64,000 nucleotides of DNA from a virus: positions 1-64,000 of IMG/VR virus record IMGVR_UViG_3300027898_000002; one strand, written 5' to 3'. Shown piece after piece: positions 50,847 to 60,237 of the stretch. The notes under the pieces were generated by a model. That model worked only from the letters and a program-made list of their open reading frames with translations, did no database searches and was not told the origin of the DNA. How positions within the stretch are numbered: the stretch's first letter is position 1; the number at the start of each line of letters is the position of its first letter. The position numbers were made by a program, and so were the translations under genes.

Positions 50847-51274
50847 ATTCCGTCCCGTGGATGACTACCATCAACACCAATCCATGGAATTCCACGCAGG
50901 GATTATATCCGCGCGTCGTATCGGTGAGCCGCATCAACACCGTGGCCGGGGCGGGTGACGCTATCGGCAACGTCGGTTATTCAGGAGCCGAACAAGGCAG
51001 CGGACCTGAAGGAGAGATGGTGCTGCTAACGGGACTTGCCGCCTCGATCCAAGTCGGGGCAGTCGGACGCACAACGAAGAGCGGTGATCTCCCGGGCGAT
51101 GCTGTCAGTAAAACCGTGTGGACCATCTTTATACCGGTTTCGACAGGAATCGTGCAGTACAGCATTCGTGATCGGGATATTCTCATAGATGACGAAGGCT
51201 ACCGCTACGAAGTCGGTGCCAATTTCTGGACAGCATCAGGTTATCAACTTTCGACAGTGAGATTAGAGGCATAG
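50843..51274 (+). CDS. head closure / neck protein candidate
   Basis: 143 aa. ATGA overlap. Assignment is positional. Confidence 0.55.
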   Translation: MNSVPWMTTINTNPWNSTQGLYPRVVSVSRINTVAGAGDAIGNVGYSGAEQGSGPEGEMVLLTGLAASIQVGAVGRTTKSGDLPGDAVSKTVWTIFIPVSTGIVQYSIRDRDILIDDEGYRYEVGANFWTASGYQLSTVRLEA

Positions 51275-51276
51275 AT

Positions 51277-51456
51277 ATGGCTTTTTTCGTTTCCAGCAAA
51301 GTGAAGCATGCTACCTGCGAAGCCGTGATTACACGCGCTGATGGCCGTGTGGAAAAACTCGGGATTATAGCGGAGTATCATCGCAACCCGCTCAAAAACG
51401 CTGCGAAGAATGTCGTTATCGCCTTCAAACAAATGTTGCGGAGAATTCGGTCATGA
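51277..51456 (+). CDS. possible 59-aa protein
   Basis: MAFFVSSKVKHATCEAVITRADGRVEKLGIIAEYHRNPLKNAAKNVVIAFKQMLRRIRS. ATGA overlap with the next gene. Confidence 0.4.
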   Translation: MAFFVSSKVKHATCEAVITRADGRVEKLGIIAEYHRNPLKNAAKNVVIAFKQMLRRIRS

Positions 51457-51830
51457 CTGCACGAACACAAGACGCCGGCTTGGCGAGAATGACTTCTTTG
51501 CTGGCAGCCGCAACATGGTGGTTACAGTGGGGAACGGGCAGCGGCGCTATCAAGTCTGCGAACGTCGTTACGACGACATCGACAACAGAGGCGCGGAGCT
51601 CCGCGACCATGACACAGCAGACTGTCAATGTTACCAACGATACTTTGCAATTCGTGGCCACGATAGTAGCGGCAGGTTCTCGAACCATTACCGAAGTTGG
51701 TGCTTTTGACGCTGTGGGAACCGGGTCGCCTCCTACAGGTGGAAACATGGATGTGTACGTTGATTTCGGATCGATCGCACTAGCCACAAGCGATTCGATC
51801 GGATTCACGATCAAAGTGACGTATACCTGA
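51453..51830 (+). CDS. hypothetical virion protein
   Basis: 125 aa. Confidence 0.6.
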   Translation: MTARTQDAGLARMTSLLAAATWWLQWGTGSGAIKSANVVTTTSTTEARSSATMTQQTVNVTNDTLQFVATIVAAGSRTITEVGAFDAVGTGSPPTGGNMDVYVDFGSIALATSDSIGFTIKVTYT

Positions 51831-51842
51831 AGGGTTGTTACG

Positions 51843-52397
51843 ATGGACGGTCAATTCTATGTTGATACGAGAGCACCGCACATCAGTGCTGATGTGGCGG
51901 CTGTCACTTTGGCGACGACGAACAAGGCTCTGATACCGGTCGCCAACATCCCTGCCCTTGGGTCCAATTACTTCAATTATATTGGCAAGGCGATGCGAAT
52001 CACCTTGTTCGGCAGGATCACCACGGCGGCGACGCCGGGCAACGGTCAATTCAACCTGTATTGGGGCAGTGGCCTTGATGCCACGGGAACCATCATCGGG
52101 TCTAGCGGCACGTTTGCGTTAACCGCGAGCCAGACGAACATTTCCTGGACGGTGAACATAATTGCGCGTTGTCGCGCTTTGGGAGCTACAGGTTCTCTCC
52201 TTGTAACAGGAGTTATGCAGTTCAATAATGCCGTAGTCGCCAGCACACTTGATCCTATCATGATTCCCGCGACCGCTCCCGCCGCTGTTACGGTGGACTT
52301 GACGGCCGCGAGTCTTCTTGTTCCTCAATTTCTGCGATCTGGCTCGACAGCCGAGACGATGCAGGTTCACGATGTCCTGTTTGAGTCTTTGAATTGA
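51843..52397 (+). CDS. hypothetical virion protein (beta-rich)
   Basis: 184 aa. Confidence 0.6.
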   Translation: MDGQFYVDTRAPHISADVAAVTLATTNKALIPVANIPALGSNYFNYIGKAMRITLFGRITTAATPGNGQFNLYWGSGLDATGTIIGSSGTFALTASQTNISWTVNIIARCRALGATGSLLVTGVMQFNNAVVASTLDPIMIPATAPAAVTVDLTAASLLVPQFLRSGSTAETMQVHDVLFESLN

Positions 52398-52398
52398 T

Positions 52399-55300
52399 GT
52401 GGCAAACAAACTAAAACCATTCTTTCGTAAGCGTCAGGCAGCCCTTGTTCCTGCCCCGACACCTGTTCCCCAGAATCCCGCCAGTCCGGCAACGTATTAT
52501 TGGGGTACTGTTTCGAACGACTGGAATACAGCAAGCTGGTCTGTCTCACCCGGTGCAGGTCCTTACAATCTAGGACCCCCTACAACCGGAGACGACGCTG
52601 TATTTAACGCGGCGTCGACTGCTCCTTGCACAATTGGCAGCACCGGGTCATGTCGATCGCTGGTGATGACAGGAGCAGCCGGGATTCTCGCTGGTAGCGG
52701 TAATCTGACGATTGCCGGACGCAACGGTTCGAATGTTTCGCTTGTCCTGAGCGGAACGATTACGTTTGGCGGGACACTCATTTTTACGGCGACTTCCGGG
52801 GTTGGTACAATCACCACGGCTGGCGCCACGACACCCTCTTACTATTTCAACGGCTCCGGGGGGCAATGGACGTTGCAGGATACGTTGACTGGCACCGGAG
52901 CGGCTGGTTTGCAGATCGATCTGGGAACGCTGGATATCAATTCCAAATCGCTGACTATGAATTCGTTTGTTTCCAATAGCGGATCGTCCGTTCGATCTAT
53001 TTTGAATCCTGGTTCCAATTGGGCTCTCACCGGAACCGGTACAGTATGGAATACAAGTTTAAATACCGGCCTGACTGCGACTTGGCCGAACTTCATAGAC
53101 CATACTAATTCAAGTGCTACAGCGTGCGCGTGGGCAGGGAATGGAACAACCGGTACCGCTTCTGATTTTAATCCGGGAATCACGGCGCATAGAAGAACGG
53201 CGGGAAGCGGTTCGCTCACTCTTAGCGGGAATTTTGGTAACATAAATGTATCGGCCGCTACCAGCCTCACCACTCTTATAGGAAGCGCGACTGTAACCGG
53301 GAATTGGCTAGGGAGTGTTGGTTTAACTTCTGGTGTAGCGCTTGTTATGTCTCCACCTGGCAGCAATACGGCGAACTTTACCCCGGGAAACACCACGGCC
53401 TCTTATGGTTTGACTATCCAAGCCAGTACGTTAGCCACTGTTCAATTGCAGGCTGCCAGTACATTCAGCCAATTGATACTCAATAGCGGAACTTTAGACC
53501 TTCGTAGTGTGGCTATCACAGCCAATAGTTTTGCTTCCAGTGGGTTTGCGACACGGGCGGTTATCAATCCTGGGGCGACCTGGACAATCAACGGCACGGG
53601 CACAACCTGGGACACGTCGATATCGAGCGGTTTAACCGCTGCTTGGCCAACGACAGTCAACTTCAACGATTCGTCGGCGACAGCCCAAACGTGGAAAGGG
53701 AATCCGAGCTACAGCTTCGGATTAGGCTCGGAAGACTTTCTGGCGACCACCACGTTTAAAAGAAGTGCCGGCAGTGGTACGCTAAGCATCGTCAATCCGA
53801 GTTATCTTGGGTCACTGGACTTTACAGGTTATTCCGGCACGGCATCCGGAACTGTCTTTCTCCCCGGCACGTTCACGGGAACGTTGCCGGCCGCTCTGGT
53901 CATCAATTTTATACGTGTGTACACAGTAGCCACGAGCTCTTCGGTATCAGTTCTCAAAGTGTTTCAACGCACTTTGGCTGTAGCGACTACTTCGGCAGTA
54001 ACATTGCTCCGCGTCGCGGCAAAGCTCTTGTCGGTAAGCACAAGTTCGAACCCTGTACGGATCGTATCAATTGCCAAAGCTCTGGTTGTTGGAACGAGCT
54101 CGAGTATTACAGCTATCAAGGCTGTTAGCAAGATTCTGTCGGCGTCCACAAGTAGCGCCACATCGATCATCACACGCCTTATAAGAGGCGTAGTTGTTTC
54201 GTTCACGACTACTTCAACGGTCGCCAGAACGTTGTCGGTTCAAAAAATCCTGGGCGTGGCGACATCATCCCTGCCCTTGGTAGCCCGGTCGATCGGAAAG
54301 AATCTGGCGGCGGCGACGATAAGCGCTGTCGGCAGTGCCGCTAACAAGAAATGGGCGTTAGCTCTATCTGCCGTGACAAGCAGCGCCGTGTCGGTTTTGG
54401 CGAGCAAGATACGTCTCGTTACTTTGCTGATTGGAACAGCGTCCAGTGTTGCGATAGTTCGCTCTGCAGCCAAGCAGTTGGCAGTGGTTACGTCTTCTGC
54501 GGCGGTTTCAACCAAGCTGGCAAGTAAGCTACTGGCAGTTTCCACTAGCAGCGCTGCGGGCCGTGTTGCCGCTGTCGGGAAAATTCTAGCTGTCACGACC
54601 TTCGGCTCTGTGGCGGTTGTCGTCGTAAAAGCTTTTTTGCGAACATTGACGGTAGCGACATCATCGGCAGCGACAGTTGGACGTGCGGTTAATCGTATTT
54701 TTCCTGTAGCCACATTTTCAGTTGTTGTTGTATCACGATTGATTGCCAAAGTGTTTGTGGCTGGCACGTCGTCTTCTGTTAGCTCGACAAGAAACGTGTC
54801 AAAGCTGTTGGTGGTCCTGACTGGTTCGAGCGTTTCTTTTACCCGATTGATAGCCAAGGCCTTTGCTGTATCAACAGCGTCTGTGGTGTCTGTGGTGCGC
54901 TCAATCGGAAAGCGGGTGGCGGTATCCACCAGCAGTTCGTTGACAGTTCTTGCTGCGAAACTAAAATTCCTGTTGCTGAGTATGACAACAGGAAGCTCCG
55001 TTATTCTTACGACAGGAAAAATACACGGATTGCTTTTGTCTGTGTTCACTACGTCTACTATTGCAGCGAATAAAACTGTAGGAAAATTGCTATTCATAGG
55101 TGTGGCGTCGTTTGTGTCGTCTGTTCTAAGCAGGCTGAAAGTTTTCTATGTCGATGTACTGTCTGAAATTCGTGTTGTGTCGGTAGCAGCAGATTCCAGC
55201 CGGATTGTAGATGTTCCTGCTGTGGGCAATGCGACACCTGTTCCTGTAAGCGCCGGTCAAGTTGTCGATACGTCGGCGGCTGCTAATGTCGTTTTAGTAA

Positions 55301-55419
55301 GTGGTGTTTCGAATATTGTTTCTGTTTCAGCATCCAGTAACACGGTTTCGGTTCCCGTCGATGCCAGTCGACTTATTGCTACGGAGAGCAATAATAACAC
55401 GCCGGAGACTCCAGTATGA
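52399..55419 (+). CDS. large virion-associated repeat protein: N-terminal beta-helix-like region plus about 22 tandem 18-residue repeats
   Basis: 1006 aa, GTG start abutting the previous stop. N-terminal WNTASWSV...DDAVFNAAST...CRSLVM..AG.L.GSGNLTI units resemble autotransporter-associated beta-strand (PATR) repeats. Residues ~505-925 repeat K-x-L-x-V-x-T-S-S-x3-V-x-R-x3. Confidence 0.8.
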   Translation: MANKLKPFFRKRQAALVPAPTPVPQNPASPATYYWGTVSNDWNTASWSVSPGAGPYNLGPPTTGDDAVFNAASTAPCTIGSTGSCRSLVMTGAAGILAGSGNLTIAGRNGSNVSLVLSGTITFGGTLIFTATSGVGTITTAGATTPSYYFNGSGGQWTLQDTLTGTGAAGLQIDLGTLDINSKSLTMNSFVSNSGSSVRSILNPGSNWALTGTGTVWNTSLNTGLTATWPNFIDHTNSSATACAWAGNGTTGTASDFNPGITAHRRTAGSGSLTLSGNFGNINVSAATSLTTLIGSATVTGNWLGSVGLTSGVALVMSPPGSNTANFTPGNTTASYGLTIQASTLATVQLQAASTFSQLILNSGTLDLRSVAITANSFASSGFATRAVINPGATWTINGTGTTWDTSISSGLTAAWPTTVNFNDSSATAQTWKGNPSYSFGLGSEDFLATTTFKRSAGSGTLSIVNPSYLGSLDFTGYSGTASGTVFLPGTFTGTLPAALVINFIRVYTVATSSSVSVLKVFQRTLAVATTSAVTLLRVAAKLLSVSTSSNPVRIVSIAKALVVGTSSSITAIKAVSKILSASTSSATSIITRLIRGVVVSFTTTSTVARTLSVQKILGVATSSLPLVARSIGKNLAAATISAVGSAANKKWALALSAVTSSAVSVLASKIRLVTLLIGTASSVAIVRSAAKQLAVVTSSAAVSTKLASKLLAVSTSSAAGRVAAVGKILAVTTFGSVAVVVVKAFLRTLTVATSSAATVGRAVNRIFPVATFSVVVVSRLIAKVFVAGTSSSVSSTRNVSKLLVVLTGSSVSFTRLIAKAFAVSTASVVSVVRSIGKRVAVSTSSSLTVLAAKLKFLLLSMTTGSSVILTTGKIHGLLLSVFTTSTIAANKTVGKLLFIGVASFVSSVLSRLKVFYVDVLSEIRVVSVAADSSRIVDVPAVGNATPVPVSAGQVVDTSAAANVVLVSGVSNIVSVSASSNTVSVPVDASRLIATESNNNTPETPV

Positions 55420-55691
55420 TCGTATGGCCTTGCATAGCGCCTACAGAAGTTCTTCCTTACGGCATCAACTGGGCACCACGACTCGGTACCGATACCATAG
55501 TCACGTCTGTGTGGTCGGCGTCGGTTCCTCCTGGGTTGACTTTAACGAATAAGGCAAACACGGCCAGCGCAACTTCCGTAACCATATCGGGTGCCGTGTT
55601 GAATGTGACGTACACTATCGTCAACACTATCACGACCACTTTGAGCTGTACGGAAGTCGAGACTGTGCAAATCACTTGCGCGCCGAAGTAG
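55416..55691 (+). CDS. hypothetical small virion protein
   Basis: 91 aa. ATGA overlap. Confidence 0.6.
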   Translation: MIVWPCIAPTEVLPYGINWAPRLGTDTIVTSVWSASVPPGLTLTNKANTASATSVTISGAVLNVTYTIVNTITTTLSCTEVETVQITCAPK

Positions 55692-55698
55692 CAGGAAT

Positions 55699-56565
55699 AT
55701 GGCAGACATCAGTGACGTAACAGCATATTTGACGACAGCCATAGTGGCGGCGGTGTATCCGAACGGCACTTCGCAGCCTTCCGTGGCCACCATGGACGTT
55801 CGTGTTTTCGAAGGTTGGCCGATGCCAGATCAATTTGATTTGGATATGGCAGGAAAGACTTTGGTAAACGACGTTCCCACAACGCGCGGCAAAGGTCCGC
55901 TGGCAAATGTCAGCGTGTTTCCGATGTTGGGAACGACACTGGCTTCGTATCAGATTCAAGATAACGTCAAGGTTATTTCCTATCCGGCTTTCGGTCTCGT
56001 TGTTTCGATTGTGGGTGGCGTTATCAATGTTAGCGGTACACCCAACGCCGGAGAGTATCTTACTGTTGTTGCTGATAACTACGCTTTTTCCGCAACTGGA
56101 GTATCGGCTGCCGTCATCATATCGGAGCTGGCTACATTCTTTGCGACGAAGTACACAGGTGTTTCGTCGACAGCTTCGACACTTACAATTCCCTATGGCA
56201 GGACGCTGGTTGTTCGTCAAGGCGGCCAAGGTGTTCTTGGGAAGGTTACCCATCGTCAACGGCAAGCTGTGATGATCACGGTATGGTCTCCGACGCACGA
56301 GGCGCGGACTATCATCGCGGCGGCTGTTGATGTCGCTATCAAGGCGAATTTCAAGGTTTCGATGCCGGACACGTCGCAGATTCTGATTCTTTATAACAGA
56401 ACAAATATCATCGACGACAGGCAGATGACCACAATTTATAGGCGTGATCTCGTTTATGATATTGAATACGCGACACTACAACAGTTTCCGGGGTTTGTTG
56501 TTACGACTGTCGACGTATCGGTCGCGAATTTCAACAGCTCGTTGGTTGTACCAGCGAACATCTGA
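55699..56565 (+). CDS. hypothetical virion protein
   Basis: 288 aa. Confidence 0.65.
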   Translation: MADISDVTAYLTTAIVAAVYPNGTSQPSVATMDVRVFEGWPMPDQFDLDMAGKTLVNDVPTTRGKGPLANVSVFPMLGTTLASYQIQDNVKVISYPAFGLVVSIVGGVINVSGTPNAGEYLTVVADNYAFSATGVSAAVIISELATFFATKYTGVSSTASTLTIPYGRTLVVRQGGQGVLGKVTHRQRQAVMITVWSPTHEARTIIAAAVDVAIKANFKVSMPDTSQILILYNRTNIIDDRQMTTIYRRDLVYDIEYATLQQFPGFVVTTVDVSVANFNSSLVVPANI

Positions 56566-56580
56566 GAAGGAAGAAGAAAA

Positions 56581-56772
56581 ATGGAATGCAGATATCACAT
56601 CGTTTGTGTTAGCCCTTTTCACAACTACCAGAAGGGGCAGATGATAATTGATCAAGTCGAAGTGGCCAAGCTGCTTAGCGATCGCGAGCACCACTTTGTT
56701 CGGGTCGCTGTACCGAATCCCAATACGTTATTGGAGGAGCCGCCCGAAGAAAAAGAAGCGGAATCCAAGTAA
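56581..56772 (+). CDS. hypothetical small protein
   Basis: 63 aa. AGGAAGAAGAAAA upstream. Confidence 0.45.
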   Translation: MECRYHIVCVSPFHNYQKGQMIIDQVEVAKLLSDREHHFVRVAVPNPNTLLEEPPEEKEAESK

Positions 56773-56813
56773 AACAAGCTTTTGTTCCAACACATCTTTG
56801 GAGATAACACAAC

Positions 56814-59117
56814 ATGCCAGTTTTTCTCGACGGTCAGCAAAATCTCGCGGCTCTGTCAGTTCCGGCCGTATACGGCGACATCATCCTGCCTACTCCGTTT
56901 TTGCTCGGCACGCCGACGAATCTGGAAGGTCTCGTTGGTGTTGGCTCGTGGGGACCACTGAACTCAATCATCCCCGTCAGCAAGTCAGTTGACGCGGCCG
57001 TGTCGCTCGGCACGCCCGTTATTCGAAATTATGATATCTCTTCGTACGTGGCTGCAGCAAGTCAGGTCGGCGGGGCGATCGGATTCCTGTGCGTTCGAGT
57101 CAGCGATGGCACCGACGTGGCCGCTACGGCCGCAATTCAGTCCGGTGCCACCAACGCCTCCGGGAGCATCACCATCAACGACAATGGCATGACGAACCAG
57201 ACGATTGTAGTGAACGGCACTACTATCACCTGGGGAACAAGTGTCGTGGTCGGGCCGAATCTCGCGGCCACAGTCACCAATCTGCTTACGTTCCTGCAGT
57301 CTTCGGCTGATGTGAATATCAGCAAGATGACTTACGCGCTATCGCCGACTGTCAGCAATCAGATCGTGTGTACGTCGGTTCTGGCCGGAACTGCCGGCAA
57401 CGCCTACACCCTGACAAACGGAACTTCAACAACACACGTCACTGTTTCCGGTGCGACACTTGCAGGTGGTGCGGCGTCCGGTGCAACAGCGTTGACGCTG
57501 ACAGCCAAATACAGCGGCATCCTGGGCAACAAAATTCAATACAGCGTCCAGAACGGCTCGGCTTCCAATACCTTCATGATCAACATCGCTTTCCCGGGTT
57601 TGATCCCGGAGCAGTTCAACAATATTCCCGGTCCTACGGCAGCGAGCGGTACGGCCATTTTTTCCGCCAATCCGGCACCGTCAGATACGCTTACGATATT
57701 CGGCACGGCGATTACGTTCGTGGCGTCAGGCGCTACCGCCAACCAAGTCAACATCGGGTCGTCGTTGGCTGTTACTCTGGCAAATCTCTTGTCGCTACTT
57801 ATCAGCTCCGCCGACGCCAATCTAATCAAAGGTTCATACGGCATCAATGCTGGACAGAACACGATTACGATCGCGGCCAATCAGACGTATTCGACCGGAG
57901 CTGTTGCCGGTTCAGCCGGCAATGCTTTGACGTTGGTGAAATCATCTACTGTGATAACAGTAAGCGGCGCTACGCTATCGGGTGGCGTGGGTACTTGGAA
58001 TAACTTCTGGGTCAACGCTGCCGGCGTCATCAACAACGGTAACGCTTTCCACGGGCCGAGCCAATTCGTGATCGCCACAGCCGGAGCAGCGCAGGTGCCG
58101 CCAATTCTGTCGACGCCTGTCATTCTGTCGGGCGGAACAGACGGCGCTTCCGGTGTTACGGATGCTACACTCATGGGGCAAGATGTCGTTCCGCGCAAGG
58201 GCATGTATGTCCTACGCGGATCAAATGCCGATTGTTTCACATTGTGTGATCTTTCGACGATCGCCGATTACTCCGCCATTGCCAGCTTTGCCTTGTCGGA
58301 AACGATGATGGCAATTCAGGCTTCGCCGTCAGGCGACACGATCGCCGGAGCACTTGGCACGCGGATCAATGCCGGCATTGACACTCCCTGGTTCTGGTTT
58401 CTCTTGGGAGATTGGCCGAGTTTCTACGACAGCTTCAATGGTGTTACGCGTCTGATCAATCCCAGCGCCATCGGTATCGGTATCGTCGGCAATCTGTCGC
58501 CCCAGCAATCGCCCCTCAACAAGCCGTTGCAGGGTGTCAGTTCGACGCAGCGCACATCGCTGGGGCAAACCTACAGTGACGCCGAGCTGAGCCTGATCAA
58601 CACGGGCGGCATCGATGTCATTCTTGGCCCGCTGTCGTCACCCGGTGGATTCTACTTCAGCTTCGCCACCGGTCGCAACGCCTCGAGCAATACTGCTGCG
58701 GCCGGCGTCGAGTATACCCGCATGACAAACTTCCTTATCAGGGCCGCCCAAAGCAAGGCAGCCGGGAGTTTCATCGGGCAACTGCAATCGATCCAGCCGA
58801 ATGATCAGACACGCGCCAATGCCAAGTCGCTGTTCGATGGTTTCTCTGCCCAGCTTGCCGCGTCGGAGTCCGGTTTGGGCATCAACGGACAGGGTATGAT
58901 CGATTACCCGTGGCTTGTACAGTGCGATCTGAACAACAACCCGCCAAACCTTCAGGCGCTGGGATACCTGTTCTTGTTCTGGCAGGTCCGCTACCTGAAC
59001 GTCATTCGATATTTCGTCGTCAAATTCCAGGGCGGCGGGAACGTCACAGTGACAGTACAGAATTCGCCGCCGTCTGCGTCGCAGTTTGCCCAGGCGATCA
59101 ACACCAACGCGGCATAA
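56814..59117 (+). CDS. tail sheath protein with a duplicated insertion domain
   Basis: 767 aa. [19 protein letters not shown]...[16 protein letters not shown] and the C-terminal [23 protein letters not shown] fit the sheath pattern. Two ~100-aa related inserts lie at aa 117-219 and 279-391. Confidence 0.8.
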   Translation: MPVFLDGQQNLAALSVPAVYGDIILPTPFLLGTPTNLEGLVGVGSWGPLNSIIPVSKSVDAAVSLGTPVIRNYDISSYVAAASQVGGAIGFLCVRVSDGTDVAATAAIQSGATNASGSITINDNGMTNQTIVVNGTTITWGTSVVVGPNLAATVTNLLTFLQSSADVNISKMTYALSPTVSNQIVCTSVLAGTAGNAYTLTNGTSTTHVTVSGATLAGGAASGATALTLTAKYSGILGNKIQYSVQNGSASNTFMINIAFPGLIPEQFNNIPGPTAASGTAIFSANPAPSDTLTIFGTAITFVASGATANQVNIGSSLAVTLANLLSLLISSADANLIKGSYGINAGQNTITIAANQTYSTGAVAGSAGNALTLVKSSTVITVSGATLSGGVGTWNNFWVNAAGVINNGNAFHGPSQFVIATAGAAQVPPILSTPVILSGGTDGASGVTDATLMGQDVVPRKGMYVLRGSNADCFTLCDLSTIADYSAIASFALSETMMAIQASPSGDTIAGALGTRINAGIDTPWFWFLLGDWPSFYDSFNGVTRLINPSAIGIGIVGNLSPQQSPLNKPLQGVSSTQRTSLGQTYSDAELSLINTGGIDVILGPLSSPGGFYFSFATGRNASSNTAAAGVEYTRMTNFLIRAAQSKAAGSFIGQLQSIQPNDQTRANAKSLFDGFSAQLAASESGLGINGQGMIDYPWLVQCDLNNNPPNLQALGYLFLFWQVRYLNVIRYFVVKFQGGGNVTVTVQNSPPSASQFAQAINTNAA

Positions 59118-59150
59118 GCCACAGCTCGACCATACAGGAGATAGATTGCC

Positions 59151-59588
59151 ATGTCCGTTAATGGTATGAACGTAGGAGCTGATTATACCCTCAGCTATTT
59201 CGACGCTACTTCCAGCGCCCTGATTGATCTTGGCGACGTGCAAAGCGCCACAATCAGCGCCCAGAAGCACGACATCAAGTCGTCACCCTACAACAAGGTT
59301 CCCCGCTTCGGGTTCATCCCGGATGGTTACAAGATCGATTTCACAATAACGAGAACCGGCTCCGTTCTCGAAGACCTGATGGTGACGCTCAGCACCAACT
59401 TCAACGCCGGCAACGTTCTGCAACCCGGCGTTCTCAACCAGTCAATCAACAATCCAGACGGCACAATCAGCCGTTACCAATACACGAAGTTCGTTGTATT
59501 TCTGACCGATCACGGCGACATCAGTCGCGAAAAAGTCGTCACACTCAAGCTCACCGGAATGGCGTCGGACAAGATCAAGATCGCCTGA
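59151..59588 (+). CDS. tail tube protein
   Basis: 145 aa. Directly after the sheath gene. Confidence 0.7.
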   Translation: MSVNGMNVGADYTLSYFDATSSALIDLGDVQSATISAQKHDIKSSPYNKVPRFGFIPDGYKIDFTITRTGSVLEDLMVTLSTNFNAGNVLQPGVLNQSINNPDGTISRYQYTKFVVFLTDHGDISREKVVTLKLTGMASDKIKIA

Positions 59589-59638
59589 TTCGTTATCGTT
59601 ACCCAAAAATCAAAAAGCAATATAGAGGAATCGTTATC

Positions 59639-60061
59639 ATGGCCACCGAAAGCGAAATCAAAATTGCTCGCTACAACGAAGTAATAAAAGAGTCTGATAT
59701 ACTTGGCAGGGTCGTTGGAGTCCGACGACTGAAGCCAAGCGAGCAAACCAAGATAGCCGGGATGACAGCGGAACTTTCCGGCTATGACGAGATGACAGAC
59801 AAAAGAGGCGAGAAGGTACGCATACCCCATCGCATGCCGTTGATCATCGCGGCGGCCGTGTGTTCCATCATCGATGACAGCGGAATAGTCCACCACATTC
59901 CGTTTCCGCGCAATCGCGGCGAGCTCGACGCCATATACGATCGCCTGGACACGGAAGGGATGGCGGCGGCTGGAAAAGCGTTCGCTCGTTTGTCGGGCAT
60001 CGATACCGACGAGAGCAACAACGACGAAACACGTGATCCTTACGACGCAGCAAAAAACTAA
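59639..60061 (+). CDS. tail assembly chaperone (short, zero-frame product)
   Basis: 140 aa. Located between the tube and tape measure genes. Ends in the slippery heptamer A_AAA_AAC followed by TAA. Confidence 0.75.
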   Translation: MATESEIKIARYNEVIKESDILGRVVGVRRLKPSEQTKIAGMTAELSGYDEMTDKRGEKVRIPHRMPLIIAAAVCSIIDDSGIVHHIPFPRNRGELDAIYDRLDTEGMAAAGKAFARLSGIDTDESNNDETRDPYDAAKN

Positions 60062-60234
60062 TTGGGGACCCCCTCTTCCGCCTTATCGCCTGGGTGGTGA
60101 AGAACGGGGTCCCTTTTGACGTGGCGCATTGCCTGGACGAACAAGAGCTGTTGGCCTACGGCATCATTTTTGGACAATTTGAAAATGGTAATAAGGAATG
60201 GGATTGGGATCGCAAGACTTTCATCGACAGGTGA
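59639..60234 (+). CDS. tail assembly chaperone, -1 frameshift-extended product
   Basis: After a -1 slip at 60052-60058 the frame stays open for 58 codons (KKLIGDPLFRLIAWVVKNGVPFDVAHCLDEQELLAYGIIFGQFENGNKEWDWDRKTFIDR) to TGA 60232-60234. Confidence 0.7.
60052..60058 (+). other. programmed -1 ribosomal frameshift slippery site A_AAA_AAC
   Basis: Canonical X_XXY_YYZ heptamer in the zero frame, immediately before the stop codon. The conserved G/GT-type gene position supports the call. Confidence 0.7.
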
Positions 60235-60237
60235 TGC

